From: a virus
Direction: 5' to 3' (one strand)
Length of the DNA stretch: 64,000 nucleotides
IMG/VR virus record: IMGVR_UViG_3300045988_171858
Both the position numbers and the translations under genes were made by a program. Numbering within the stretch: the first letter of the stretch is position 1; the number at the start of each line of letters is the position of its first letter. The notes below the pieces were generated by a model. That model was not told where the DNA came from. It worked only from the letters and a program-made list of their open reading frames with translations, and searched no databases. This document shows, piece by piece, positions 17,707 to 25,943 of this stretch.

Positions 17707-18053
17707 CACTCTGACGCCTTAGGATCAGGCAATTGTTCCAACGCAGTTACAGCTTTGGCCGGTTTAGCTTCTTTCAATTTCGAAGCTTCAATCGCCTTAT
17801 TCATATGCTGGAATTGCATTTCTTCAAAAGTAGCCTTTGTGATTGTACGGCACAGGACTTTTGGCTCTTTGCCGGGAACGAGGTCGTTTACACATTCCTC
17901 GTAAAGGGTGCCGCCTCGATTTACGCCCATCTGAACCCAATGGTCGGCATTCAGATATACACGAGATGATTCATCAACCTTGCTACATGCGGCAATACCG
18001 GCTGCAATAGCCAAAATTGCCAATACTTTCAGTGATTTTTTATTTACTTGCAT
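17706..18053 (-). CDS. lipoprotein (115 aa)
   Basis: Start at MQVNKKSLKVLAILAIAAGIAAC (GGAGA RBS). Signal peptide plus lipobox IAAC. Confidence 0.7.
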   Translation of the reverse strand: MQVNKKSLKVLAILAIAAGIAACSKVDESSRVYLNADHWVQMGVNRGGTLYEECVNDLVPGKEPKVLCRTITKATFEEMQFQHMNKAIEASKLKEAKPAKAVTALEQLPDPKASE

Positions 18054-18055
18054 AT

Positions 18056-18961
18056 TTATCTCCATTTTACAATACGTGGATTCTTAGCTTCATTACGGCT
18101 AAGAAATGCTATTTTGCCGTCTTTTTCATAAATATAACGACCTCTAGCATTGTGCCCAATAATTTTGTGTGACCCATCTATGCCATCCCAAGTTAAAAAT
18201 GCTTCCATATTATAGGCAACTTTAAGGACAGTATCGGCCATGGCCTCAATAATTGCTTCCAATTCTTCGGGATCTGCATAGCCTTTGATTTCGCAATTCT
18301 CAAAACCATCAATGGTATATTTACCATTAGGCATCCATGAATCACAACAAAGATCACCATTGGGGTTAAATGTGCCGCCAATCAATGGCTTTGGAAATCC
18401 ATGAAACATAGGAAATTTGGAAATGTCCTCAACAATTAGGGCTAATCTCTTTCCTTTTGTTTCTAAAGCTCTTCCAGAAATAGCGCTTTTAACCGAGAAT
18501 CTTTCAGGGCTTTCTAATTTCCACAAAGGTTTCAGGTCCTTAATTGTCTCTGGCTTGATTTCTGCTATTCCATCTTCGCTTTGTATAATATAAGTGCCCC
18601 TTTCAGTCTTGAGGGTTAACTTCTGGATTTCAAATGGAGAGCCTTCCCAAACTACAGGAATATTATGCCATGTATAAAAGTTCAGGGAGTACATAAAAAT
18701 TTCTTGTTCAAATCGCTCAAGCTCTTCTTTGTTGGGATATTCAATCAAATCGAATGGAGACTCTCGGCCAGGGCTATCTTCTCCATTTTTATCCCAACTA
18801 CATCCAATCATTTGGCTTCCGCTAAAGAAAAACCCTACAAGCGGAGAGAGGATGCACCCAAATCCTTCAATCTTAGATGCGTCCCCGGCAATAAAAGCAA
18901 TTGCTCCATCTCTCATTTTTACTGGCTTTCCAATCGCCTCAGACCAATCTTTTACTTGCAT
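18056..18961 (-). CDS. hypothetical protein with internal two-fold repeat (301 aa)
   Basis: ORF track. GGAG RBS. The N- and C-terminal halves share a G..P.IGG/..NG(E/D)..C.SW pattern. Confidence 0.7.
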   Translation of the reverse strand: MQVKDWSEAIGKPVKMRDGAIAFIAGDASKIEGFGCILSPLVGFFFSGSQMIGCSWDKNGEDSPGRESPFDLIEYPNKEELERFEQEIFMYSLNFYTWHNIPVVWEGSPFEIQKLTLKTERGTYIIQSEDGIAEIKPETIKDLKPLWKLESPERFSVKSAISGRALETKGKRLALIVEDISKFPMFHGFPKPLIGGTFNPNGDLCCDSWMPNGKYTIDGFENCEIKGYADPEELEAIIEAMADTVLKVAYNMEAFLTWDGIDGSHKIIGHNARGRYIYEKDGKIAFLSRNEAKNPRIVKWR

Positions 18962-18974
18962 ACTTTACTCCGTT

Positions 18975-19475
18975 TTAAAGTTGATTGTGGTAATATTCCC
19001 TCACTTCCATGAGAGCTTTGCCAAGAAGATTGCGACCACGCCAATTGCGGCGGTCAAGGATTTCATTGCTTTTCCAGTCTAATTTAACGCCCCAAATAGC
19101 GTCATATGGCGAACCTTCAACTAATTCAAGGTCGCCGGTACCAATAAGGATTTGTTTCAATACTGGATTTGCAAATTTAGCTTTCAGGATATCGACCATG
19201 ATCTGATAACGGTTTTCATCCCAAACTTTAGGGTCAAAGTTTTCTACGGCCCGGCCCAATTTCTTCACTTCAGCTGGCGATTTAGCGGCTAAAATGAAAG
19301 GAATTTTGCTCTTGTCGAACATAATAGCCTTCTCAAGCATAAAGGCCTGCTCGCTATTGTTCAGATGATAACCCTTATATTCAAATCGGGAAGGATAGAA
19401 GTTACTGAACGGCGCATTGCCGGTAAAGAACGTCACCATATCATCTGTATAACGCATATTGTTTTTAAATTGCAT
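18975..19475 (-). CDS. NADAR-family (YbiA/DUF1768) protein
   Basis: Contains FSNFYPSRFEY.G..Y.NSEQAFMLEKA...KKLGR...FD..W...R...M...L.AKF....LKQ.L..TG...LVEGSPYDAIWG...W.G.NLLGKALMEVR, which is the NADAR consensus. Confidence 0.8.
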   Translation of the reverse strand: MQFKNNMRYTDDMVTFFTGNAPFSNFYPSRFEYKGYHLNNSEQAFMLEKAIMFDKSKIPFILAAKSPAEVKKLGRAVENFDPKVWDENRYQIMVDILKAKFANPVLKQILIGTGDLELVEGSPYDAIWGVKLDWKSNEILDRRNWRGRNLLGKALMEVREYYHNQL

Positions 19476-19694
19476 ATCTTACTCCAATGTTTATTTTACC
19501 AACAACTTACCGACACTTAATCTATAGTATAAGATGCCTGCGTTTATACTCCGCAGGCAAGAGTAGAACAACACACACGGTTGGGTCGTCATCCCGAGTC
19601 AGAGATAACATTTCAGCTACCAGCCTTTGTGACTAAATCATCGGCTCCATTCAGAATCTAGTTCTGAATCATATTAAGATAAAACTTTTATTGC

Positions 19695-19970
19695 TCATTT
19701 CTCATTTTCGCCTTTGATTTTTGAAATCAAAATAGAAAAAGGAAGAGAAATTATCATTAAAACGGCGAATAGTACATTCACAAGCACTGACGCTGGCCAT
19801 ATCAATGCAAACATGGTTCCCATTAAAGAATGGAACATCATATATTCGAAATAAGTCTCGCATTTCCCTTTTCTCATAAAGTCTGCACATGTAAGTGCAA
19901 AGACTCCAATTATGTGGAGGAAAAGGTAAACTAGGCCACCTATAATGTAAGCCTTTAATTCTGCGGGCAT
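19695..19970 (-). CDS. membrane protein (91 aa, 3 TM segments)
   Basis: ORF track. AAAGG RBS. The overlapping 94-aa ORF in another frame is rejected. Confidence 0.65.
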   Translation of the reverse strand: MPAELKAYIIGGLVYLFLHIIGVFALTCADFMRKGKCETYFEYMMFHSLMGTMFALIWPASVLVNVLFAVLMIISLPFSILISKIKGENEK

Positions 19971-19995
19971 ACCAAATACCTTTCACTATTTATTA

Positions 19996-20034
19996 CACCA
20001 AAAGAAAACCGACACCTTATCGAAGGTGCCGGTG
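19996..20034 (-). terminator. CSE copy
   Basis: Minus strand reads CACCGGCACC-TTCGATAA-GGTGTCGGT-TTTCTTTTGGTG. Confidence 0.8.
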
Positions 20035-20053
20035 GGGACTTTTTAGATAGCAT

Positions 20054-20668
20054 TCACAACTCTATGTTAAGGTCCTCTTCTTTTAGTCCAAACCTTTCCG
20101 TGATATTTGGATAAAACCATTTAATATCAGGATAGTTCTTTCTAAAATTAGAGAGCTTTTCATCGAATAGGTCGATATTATCATGCCTTAAATCATCTAA
20201 ATACAAGGCAATTATATCAGAACCTTTTGCAGATTTACTTAGTATGGATTCGCAATACCCAACGAATGACTCAAGGCGCAGATGAGATAGGCCTATTGTA
20301 TAATTAGCGCAATAAAAAGTTACTTCTGTATTGAACTCGAAATAACTATAAAGCTCTTCTTTGCTGGTATTTAACAATAAGGTGTCATTAGGATTGGTGG
20401 AGAACCATGACGAAATGCCTACAATATGGGTATCGTATCCCCTTTGAATCATCTTCTCAATAAACGCGTTAAGCATCTTTAATTGTCGGCGATTTACAAA
20501 ATTGCCATAGCAAACGCGGCCATCATTCATTTTTGAGAATTTAATCTCATCTTCGAGTGTATTGGCGATATCAGGAATACTCCCATTTATAGCAGAAAAC
20601 TTAGAATAATCCTGATTGCTATTTAGGACTCCATCTATATCCAATGCAATAAACAGTTTGTTTTCCAT
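20054..20668 (-). CDS. HAD-superfamily phosphatase-like protein
   Basis: The N-terminal LFIALDIDGVLNS matches HAD motif I (DxDGV). AAAGG RBS. Confidence 0.55.
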   Translation of the reverse strand: MENKLFIALDIDGVLNSNQDYSKFSAINGSIPDIANTLEDEIKFSKMNDGRVCYGNFVNRRQLKMLNAFIEKMIQRGYDTHIVGISSWFSTNPNDTLLLNTSKEELYSYFEFNTEVTFYCANYTIGLSHLRLESFVGYCESILSKSAKGSDIIALYLDDLRHDNIDLFDEKLSNFRKNYPDIKWFYPNITERFGLKEEDLNIEL

Positions 20669-20677
20669 ATCTAACCT

Positions 20678-20842
20678 TTACGACCTGATTTTAGTAAACA
20701 GCTTATGAATCATAGAAGCAACAATAAGCGGGGAAGTGAAAATAAAAACCATAACAACGTAGAATATGAAACATATGATGCTCACTAAAAATACAGGTAG
20801 AAATGCTACGAATTGGATAAAACCAAATAGAAAGTCTGCCAT
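20678..20842 (-). CDS. small membrane protein (54 aa)
   Basis: Start moved to MADFLFGF (AAGGA RBS), which avoids overlap with the upstream gene. Confidence 0.55.
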   Translation of the reverse strand: MADFLFGFIQFVAFLPVFLVSIICFIFYVVMVFIFTSPLIVASMIHKLFTKIRS

Positions 20843-20847
20843 AGAGC

Positions 20848-21306
20848 TTATTCCTTTATAATAACGCCGTTTCGGCAAATGTTTAGCTCTACACCTTCGA
20901 CCAATTGAGGTGTATGGATACTTACATACAACCGGCCGTGGAAATTACGTACCCAAGATACAATATAAGGCGTCTTAGGGGACATAAAGGTATAGCGAAG
21001 ATATGGGTCTCCATTATGGTCGGAGATTCTATCCATATACAATGGAACGTCGAAATTATGTTCAAGATCAGATAAGAACCAGTTCAGATTGCCATACAAA
21101 CTTTTGGCATCATAGTTCTTGGTGGCATACTCCATCATAGAATCAAAGATAGGGTCGCCGCTAAGAGATTTAATATAATCCGCATTGGACAATCCATCAA
21201 CAAATGTCTCAATAGCAGAAATATACTCTTTACCTACATCAGAACTCCAATCAAAAGGTTCAGCAGCAGGGTCAAACAAAGTGGAAAACAAATTCAAAGG
21301 AATCAT
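20848..21306 (-). CDS. hypothetical protein (152 aa)
   Basis: ORF track. GGAGG RBS. Confidence 0.7.
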   Translation of the reverse strand: MIPLNLFSTLFDPAAEPFDWSSDVGKEYISAIETFVDGLSNADYIKSLSGDPIFDSMMEYATKNYDAKSLYGNLNWFLSDLEHNFDVPLYMDRISDHNGDPYLRYTFMSPKTPYIVSWVRNFHGRLYVSIHTPQLVEGVELNICRNGVIIKE

Positions 21307-21407
21307 TTCAAAAGCCTCCGTAGGGCCTTGAAATAAGACCCGTCAATTAAAACTCATACATATACTGCAAAACAAAAGAATAGTGATATTCAACCTGCCA
21401 TGCAATA

Positions 21408-21692
21408 TCAGCTGTCAGTAGAAGAATAGGCATCGTCAATATTAGACTCAACTTCTTCATATTCGTTCCCTCCAAAGCCAGAGAACAGGGATGTCACTAC
21501 GGGAGTAATAACCCATATACAACCAATAAGGACAACAAAACCAGTTACCAATGAAGCAAAGGTAGAATTGTAAACAAAGCAAATGGCGGAAATACCTAAT
21601 ACGGCGCAAACCTTAAATATTGAAAGGCGCCCCTGTTTATTGTAGAACAAACGCGCCGCAATAAGATTAAAACGAGATTTCAAAAAGCTCAT
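21408..21692 (-). CDS. membrane protein (94 aa)
   Basis: Start moved to MSFLKSRF (GGAGC RBS). Two TM segments. Confidence 0.6.
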   Translation of the reverse strand: MSFLKSRFNLIAARLFYNKQGRLSIFKVCAVLGISAICFVYNSTFASLVTGFVVLIGCIWVITPVVTSLFSGFGGNEYEEVESNIDDAYSSTDS

Positions 21693-21830
21693 ATTGTAGC
21701 TCCAAAAGTAAAATAACAATCAGTTTTAGCTATCCAAACAACAGTTGTAATAGCCAATATAACATAAATAATAATGCCTGCGTAATAAGACCTTAAAATC
21801 AGCTACTTCTGACTGTTATATAAAACAGAA

Positions 21831-22172
21831 TCAAATATACTCGTATTTAGAGTACAATCCTTTGAAGAAATCACCAATAGGCCACTTAGCAGGATAGTAA
21901 ACCCAAGTCTTATTTTCATACTTCTTATAGCCAATCAGTTTCTTCAGGATGAACAAGGACGCGCCAAAGATAAGACCGGTCGCCGCGCCTATTACAAAGC
22001 CCGACATAGTTCCAGAAATACCACAAGCAAAACCAATTAACAAAGAAAAACAAAGGTCTACATAAGCTTCATAACCCAAAATCTTATAAAGCAAATCAAC
22101 ATTACTCTTAGCAAGAATAGACAATATAGCCAAAGAAGTAATAGCAGAACCAAACAGTATCATAGAAATCAT
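21831..22172 (-). CDS. membrane protein (113 aa, about 3 TM segments)
   Basis: Start moved to MISMILFG (GGGAG RBS). Confidence 0.6.
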   Translation of the reverse strand: MISMILFGSAITSLAILSILAKSNVDLLYKILGYEAYVDLCFSLLIGFACGISGTMSGFVIGAATGLIFGASLFILKKLIGYKKYENKTWVYYPAKWPIGDFFKGLYSKYEYI

Positions 22173-22195
22173 GATAACTCCCAATATAATATTTA

Positions 22196-22223
22196 CCATA
22201 GAAAAACCGACACTAAATCGGTT
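22196..22223 (-). repeat. CSE copy (alternative stem register)
   Basis: Minus strand reads AAACCGA-TTTAGTG-TCGGTTT-TTCTATGG. Confidence 0.7.
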
Positions 22224-22358
22224 TCAATGGAAGCAGACTCAAAGCAAGCAAAAGGACAAACAAAAGGCCGGCGCGGCCCATTATTCTTTTATTGGCGCTC
22301 TAAACGATCGATTGACCCAAAAGACAAAAACAAAAAACTTCAAAAACCATTATAACTG

Positions 22359-22509
22359 CAAAAACAACAATTCAATCCAAATAAAAACAACAAAACAAAA
22401 CCCAACAAAAATCAAAAACCAATTAAACATAATACAAATAAACTCCCATATCAACAAATAACAAATACAACTCTTATAATAAATCAAACAACAACAACAA
22501 CAATTATAA
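22359..22509. repeat. ~150-nt G-free A/C-rich low-complexity tract (CAAAAC/CAACAA motifs)
   Basis: By eye there is no G on the plus strand across this span. A similar A/C-rich tract lies at about 23895-24040. Confidence 0.8.
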
Positions 22510-23130
22510 GACTTATATCTAAATATACAATACAACAAAGAATATAAGCAGCTATACTAATAGAAGCGTAACAATAAACTTATACACTAATAAGTATAAG
22601 CATTCGATAGAGTCTACAAATACTAATAGAACCTTACATGCCATTTAATATAGACTGAATTATCACAATACTTCCCGCATTACTACAATACGGACTGCGT
22701 TACTATAATATAGACGATAATACCAGGAAGCCCAACGTATTGTAAGACTCCAATATATAATAAACTGATTTACCTCAATACAGACAGTAATATAGGCTCG
22801 GGCACTTATATAGTCTGCTAATATAGTCTGGACACCTGGAAGTCCAGCCAATAAAACCCTTGCTTCTATTGGCGTTAAGCCCATATAGTTGCTTATACTT
22901 GCATATACCTTATATACTGTAAGTATTGTATGCCTTGTATTATAAGGGTTTTAGCTTGTATAAGTACTTATATTAGTGCTTCTATTATACGTGCTATTAG
23001 TGTTATTGGTATAGTCTCTATTATGGCTTTTGTTTGTATTATTGGTATTAATCAATACAGGGCTGGCCCGCCCATGTTAACCTGTCTTTGCTCTTTTTGC
23101 ACTCTATTTTCGCTCTTTTTGAGTTATTTT

Positions 23131-23160
23131 CCGTATAATAACCGACACTATTCTAAGGTC
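23131..23160 (-). repeat. CSE core copy without a good 5' arm
   Basis: Minus strand reads ...TAGAATA-GTGTCGGTT-ATTATACGG. Confidence 0.6.
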
Positions 23161-23317
23161 TGTATCCGCTATAGGAGAAAATGATACTTTGAGAATTTCT
23201 CCCATTTGAGTCCTATTTTTAGTATTTTGGGCATGTTTTCTCCCTTTTTTATGCCCGTCTGCTTATTTTTTAAGCAAATATTGCCTTACTTTAGCATATC
23301 ATTCAGTTCTGAACGAA

Positions 23318-23560
23318 TATCTTGCTTCTATATAAATCAAGGACTTAGTATAAATCGCTCCCAAGGAATATAAGCCACATTGGAAGCAATCATTAATATG
23401 TTACATTACAGTATTTTAGGCCTTTTTATAGCCTATTATTTTAATTTGAACAAATATTGTGGTTCTATATAAATCAACAACTTAGATAAGGTCGCTCCCT
23501 TAGCTGTATCAAACGTTTTAAGTCGTTCATTAATATATTACACGTATCATAGTATAACCG
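23318..23560. repeat. two ~95-nt direct repeats, 137 nt apart
   Basis: Shared blocks are TTCTATATAAATCAA / ACTTAG / TCGCTCCC / TCATTAATAT.TTACA, at about 23325-23415 and about 23463-23555. Confidence 0.75.
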
Positions 23561-23574
23561 ACACTATTATGGTT
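23548..23574 (-). repeat. CSE core copy without a good 5' arm
   Basis: Minus strand reads ...CATAATA-GTGTCGGTT-ATACTATG. Confidence 0.6.
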
Positions 23575-24030
23575 GTTTGGGCTTATATCCAATCGGAAGT
23601 TTATCTTCCACCAATACAAGGATAGCCGCGCCCGTTCATATTATTTGTAAGTACAGTTCATATTGCCTGCATGTATATGGTCCCATTATTAGGTTCGCGC
23701 CATGTATTATATGTCCATATGTACTACCTGCACTCTATTATATACTAGGGCTATATATGCCCGTCTGTATTGTTCGTATATTAGCACCTTATTCTTTTTG
23801 TATTGTTCTATATGCTTCTATTGTTTCTCTTCTATTATTTGCTTTTCTTTTTATACAATAGGGACTGATTATATACGACTTCCCGCCGCGCCGGTCCACT
23901 CAAAACACCATCAAAAATACCAAAACAAATCACCAAAGTTATATATGACAAATAGAAATTTCAGAATTCAACGAGACTGCATTCAACCAGTCAAAAATCA
24001 AAAACAACAACTCAACCAACCTCAAATTTT

Positions 24031-24070
24031 TAAAATAAAAAATGCCAGTGCACCCTTATACAGGGCACAC
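24031..24070 (-). terminator. intrinsic terminator downstream of 24125..25504
   Basis: Minus strand reads GTGTGCCC-TGTATAA-GGGTGCAC followed by TGGCATTTTTTATTTT. Confidence 0.6.
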
Positions 24071-24124
24071 CAGCATTCAGTAGACTAATAGGGGCTCGCT
24101 TACGCTCGCCCTTATCAGACTCTA

Positions 24125-25504
24125 TTAGAACGGTTCGTCACCTTTCGGTTCAGCTTGTACAGGTTCCGCCGGTTTGGCTTGGCCACGACGAGGACGTTTG
24201 GTTTCTTTGGTAGCTGCAGGCTTCTCGGCTTCTACTTTTGCAGTATCAGCGAAGATATCTACATCACCCAAGTCCAGACCATTAACATCGATGCTGTCCA
24301 AATCAACATCAGCGGCAACAGTAACAGAGCCGGTTTCGTTACGGTTAACGATATAGCCGTCCATAGTTACGCGGGCGGTTACTACCCATGGTTGACCTTG
24401 CTCTTCGTCTTCACGAGGAGTGCGGCTTTCGAAACCCAAGACATTGTTCTCGGTGAACATGATTTCGTCCGCATTGGCGCTGACGTTATCAAAGGCTTCG
24501 GCACGGGTTTGTCCACGACCATTATTGCTGTTGCTGTACATTACTGCACGGACAGTAACATCATTACCGCGGCTGTCCTTGAAGTTCACGAACTTACGGC
24601 AATATTGGGTAGGATTAGTACCCTCAGTTACTTGGACACCAGCCAGATATCCTTCATGCAGTTCGTCTTGCTCCAGAGTAGTCATTTCGGCTTGACCAGT
24701 AATAGTCAGGCAGAAGTTAGGAGCAATGCGGCCGTATGCACGTGGGGTTGTACGGACATCGATTTGCTTACCGTTGCTAGTGGTTTTGTAGCTTGCTGCA
24801 GCAATTGGTACAATGCAAGGGCTCAAGCCATTTGCACCAACGTAGATTGTAGTAGAAGTGGCAATTGCACCGGCTTCAATCAGGCGTTTGATTTCGGCTT
24901 TGTAACCGGCAACGATTTTGGCCATCATTTCGGACAGCTGCTGTTCAGAGAAGGCTACACGTTCGCCGTCTTTTTCCTTGGCGGTAACGATGTTCTTCTC
25001 ATGGCTGATGAATGCAGAACCAGACAGCAGGGCTTCATAGGCCTTGGAGAGACTCAAAGCTTTCAGTGCCAGACCGTTTGCCTTTTCGTACCATTCGGCG
25101 CCAAATACAGGGCCTACAGGAACGGGGAAGTTTGCCAGCTTGCCGTTTTGGATAGACAAACCATTGAAGCCTGCATCCAGAAATTCCATTGCATTTGCAT
25201 TGGCATTACGGACAGATGCTACGATTTGGTTGGTAGTCATACCTTCAACGTATTGAACACCATCATCGGCGTTGGTAGCAATCCAACAGGGGCGTCCGTT
25301 GCCGCGAGACATCGGTTGGTTGGCGATCATGTGCACCAGTTTGTATACGGATACACGATAGCCCAAAGCCTCGGCTTCGTCTGGACGTGCATCCAGAACG
25401 TAAAAGGTGCGGCGACTTGCAGGCATTGGAGTTGCTACTTGGCCGGAGATAGAGTGGGATTTGCGGGCGCCAGTGTTCAGGTTGCCAGTTTCGATTTCAA
25501 ACAT
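24125..25504 (-). CDS. abundant-looking early/middle protein; possible ssDNA-binding-type protein with SSB-like C-terminal tip (459 aa)
   Basis: Start moved to MFEIETGN (AAAGGAAAA RBS). Strongly biased, GC-richer codon usage similar to the capsid genes. Disordered K/P/E/A-rich tail ending ...KGDEPF, compared with the E. coli SSB tip DDDIPF. The function is an inference only. Confidence 0.8.
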   Translation of the reverse strand: MFEIETGNLNTGARKSHSISGQVATPMPASRRTFYVLDARPDEAEALGYRVSVYKLVHMIANQPMSRGNGRPCWIATNADDGVQYVEGMTTNQIVASVRNANANAMEFLDAGFNGLSIQNGKLANFPVPVGPVFGAEWYEKANGLALKALSLSKAYEALLSGSAFISHEKNIVTAKEKDGERVAFSEQQLSEMMAKIVAGYKAEIKRLIEAGAIATSTTIYVGANGLSPCIVPIAAASYKTTSNGKQIDVRTTPRAYGRIAPNFCLTITGQAEMTTLEQDELHEGYLAGVQVTEGTNPTQYCRKFVNFKDSRGNDVTVRAVMYSNSNNGRGQTRAEAFDNVSANADEIMFTENNVLGFESRTPREDEEQGQPWVVTARVTMDGYIVNRNETGSVTVAADVDLDSIDVNGLDLGDVDIFADTAKVEAEKPAATKETKRPRRGQAKPAEPVQAEPKGDEPF

Positions 25505-25597
25505 AATGATTTTCCTTTTAGGTTGATTTAAAATAAAGATTCTTTCGGTCAAGATTCAGACCATAGAGCTGTTTTGTATTGAGGTCAGCTCTGTTTT

Positions 25598-25640
25598 CCT
25601 CATAAAAACACCGACACGACAATTTCTGCCGCGCCGGTAT
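25598..25640 (-). terminator. CSE copy
   Basis: Minus strand reads ATACCGGCGCGGC-AGAAATTGTC-GTGTCGGTG-TTTTTATGAGG. Confidence 0.75.
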
Positions 25641-25643
25641 CTG

Positions 25644-25943
25644 TTATTTCACCTTAACACTTCGCAGATAAGAATCCGCAAAATTAAGAGAACGTTCAAC
25701 GTAAGCTACACTAGGGTCATTAAGCGCAGTTACACTATTCAGGCTATCAGACAATACAACAGCCTCTGGATTGCATTGTTTAGCAAAACGAATTGCTTCC
25801 AGTTCAGCCGCATTATTATCAGAGGCCCGTATGATTTTATACCCATTGATGCCCATATTAAATGAGCAGTAACCAATAGCCCATCGGTTACCGCCCACTA
25901 AACGAGCATCGCAGTATATTTGATTAGGCTGCGGATGCTGCAT
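25644..25943 (-). CDS. minimal RNase H-like domain protein (99 aa)
   Basis: GGAGG RBS. Contains IYCDARL (catalytic Asp region), DNNAAELEAIRFA (the N.AEL.A motif) and VVLSDSLN (the DS motif). Confidence 0.65.
   Translation of the reverse strand: MQHPQPNQIYCDARLVGGNRWAIGYCSFNMGINGYKIIRASDNNAAELEAIRFAKQCNPEAVVLSDSLNSVTALNDPSVAYVERSLNFADSYLRSVKVK

Noticed and set aside
19702-19986. 94-aa minus-strand ORF overlapping 19695..19970 in another frame.
   Set aside because: The alternative frame (91 aa) encodes a clean three-TM protein with an AAAGG RBS. This frame is Arg/Cys-rich with no RBS.
22171-24088. Track ORFs in the 1.9-kb island: 22171..22461, 22350..22538, 22663..22884, 22930..23184, 23577..23861 and 23702..24088.
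   Set aside because: They have low-complexity translations (poly-Q/K/N, Cys or Ile/Tyr runs) produced by A/C-rich or T/G-rich tracts. None has an RBS. I treat them as non-coding.
24155-25531. 458-aa plus-strand ORF, plus shorter ones at 24174, 24420 and 25044.
   Set aside because: It is antisense to the strongly codon-biased 24125..25504 gene. It has a Cys/Phe/Gly-rich, non-protein-like composition and no RBS. It is a stop-free antisense frame produced by codon bias.
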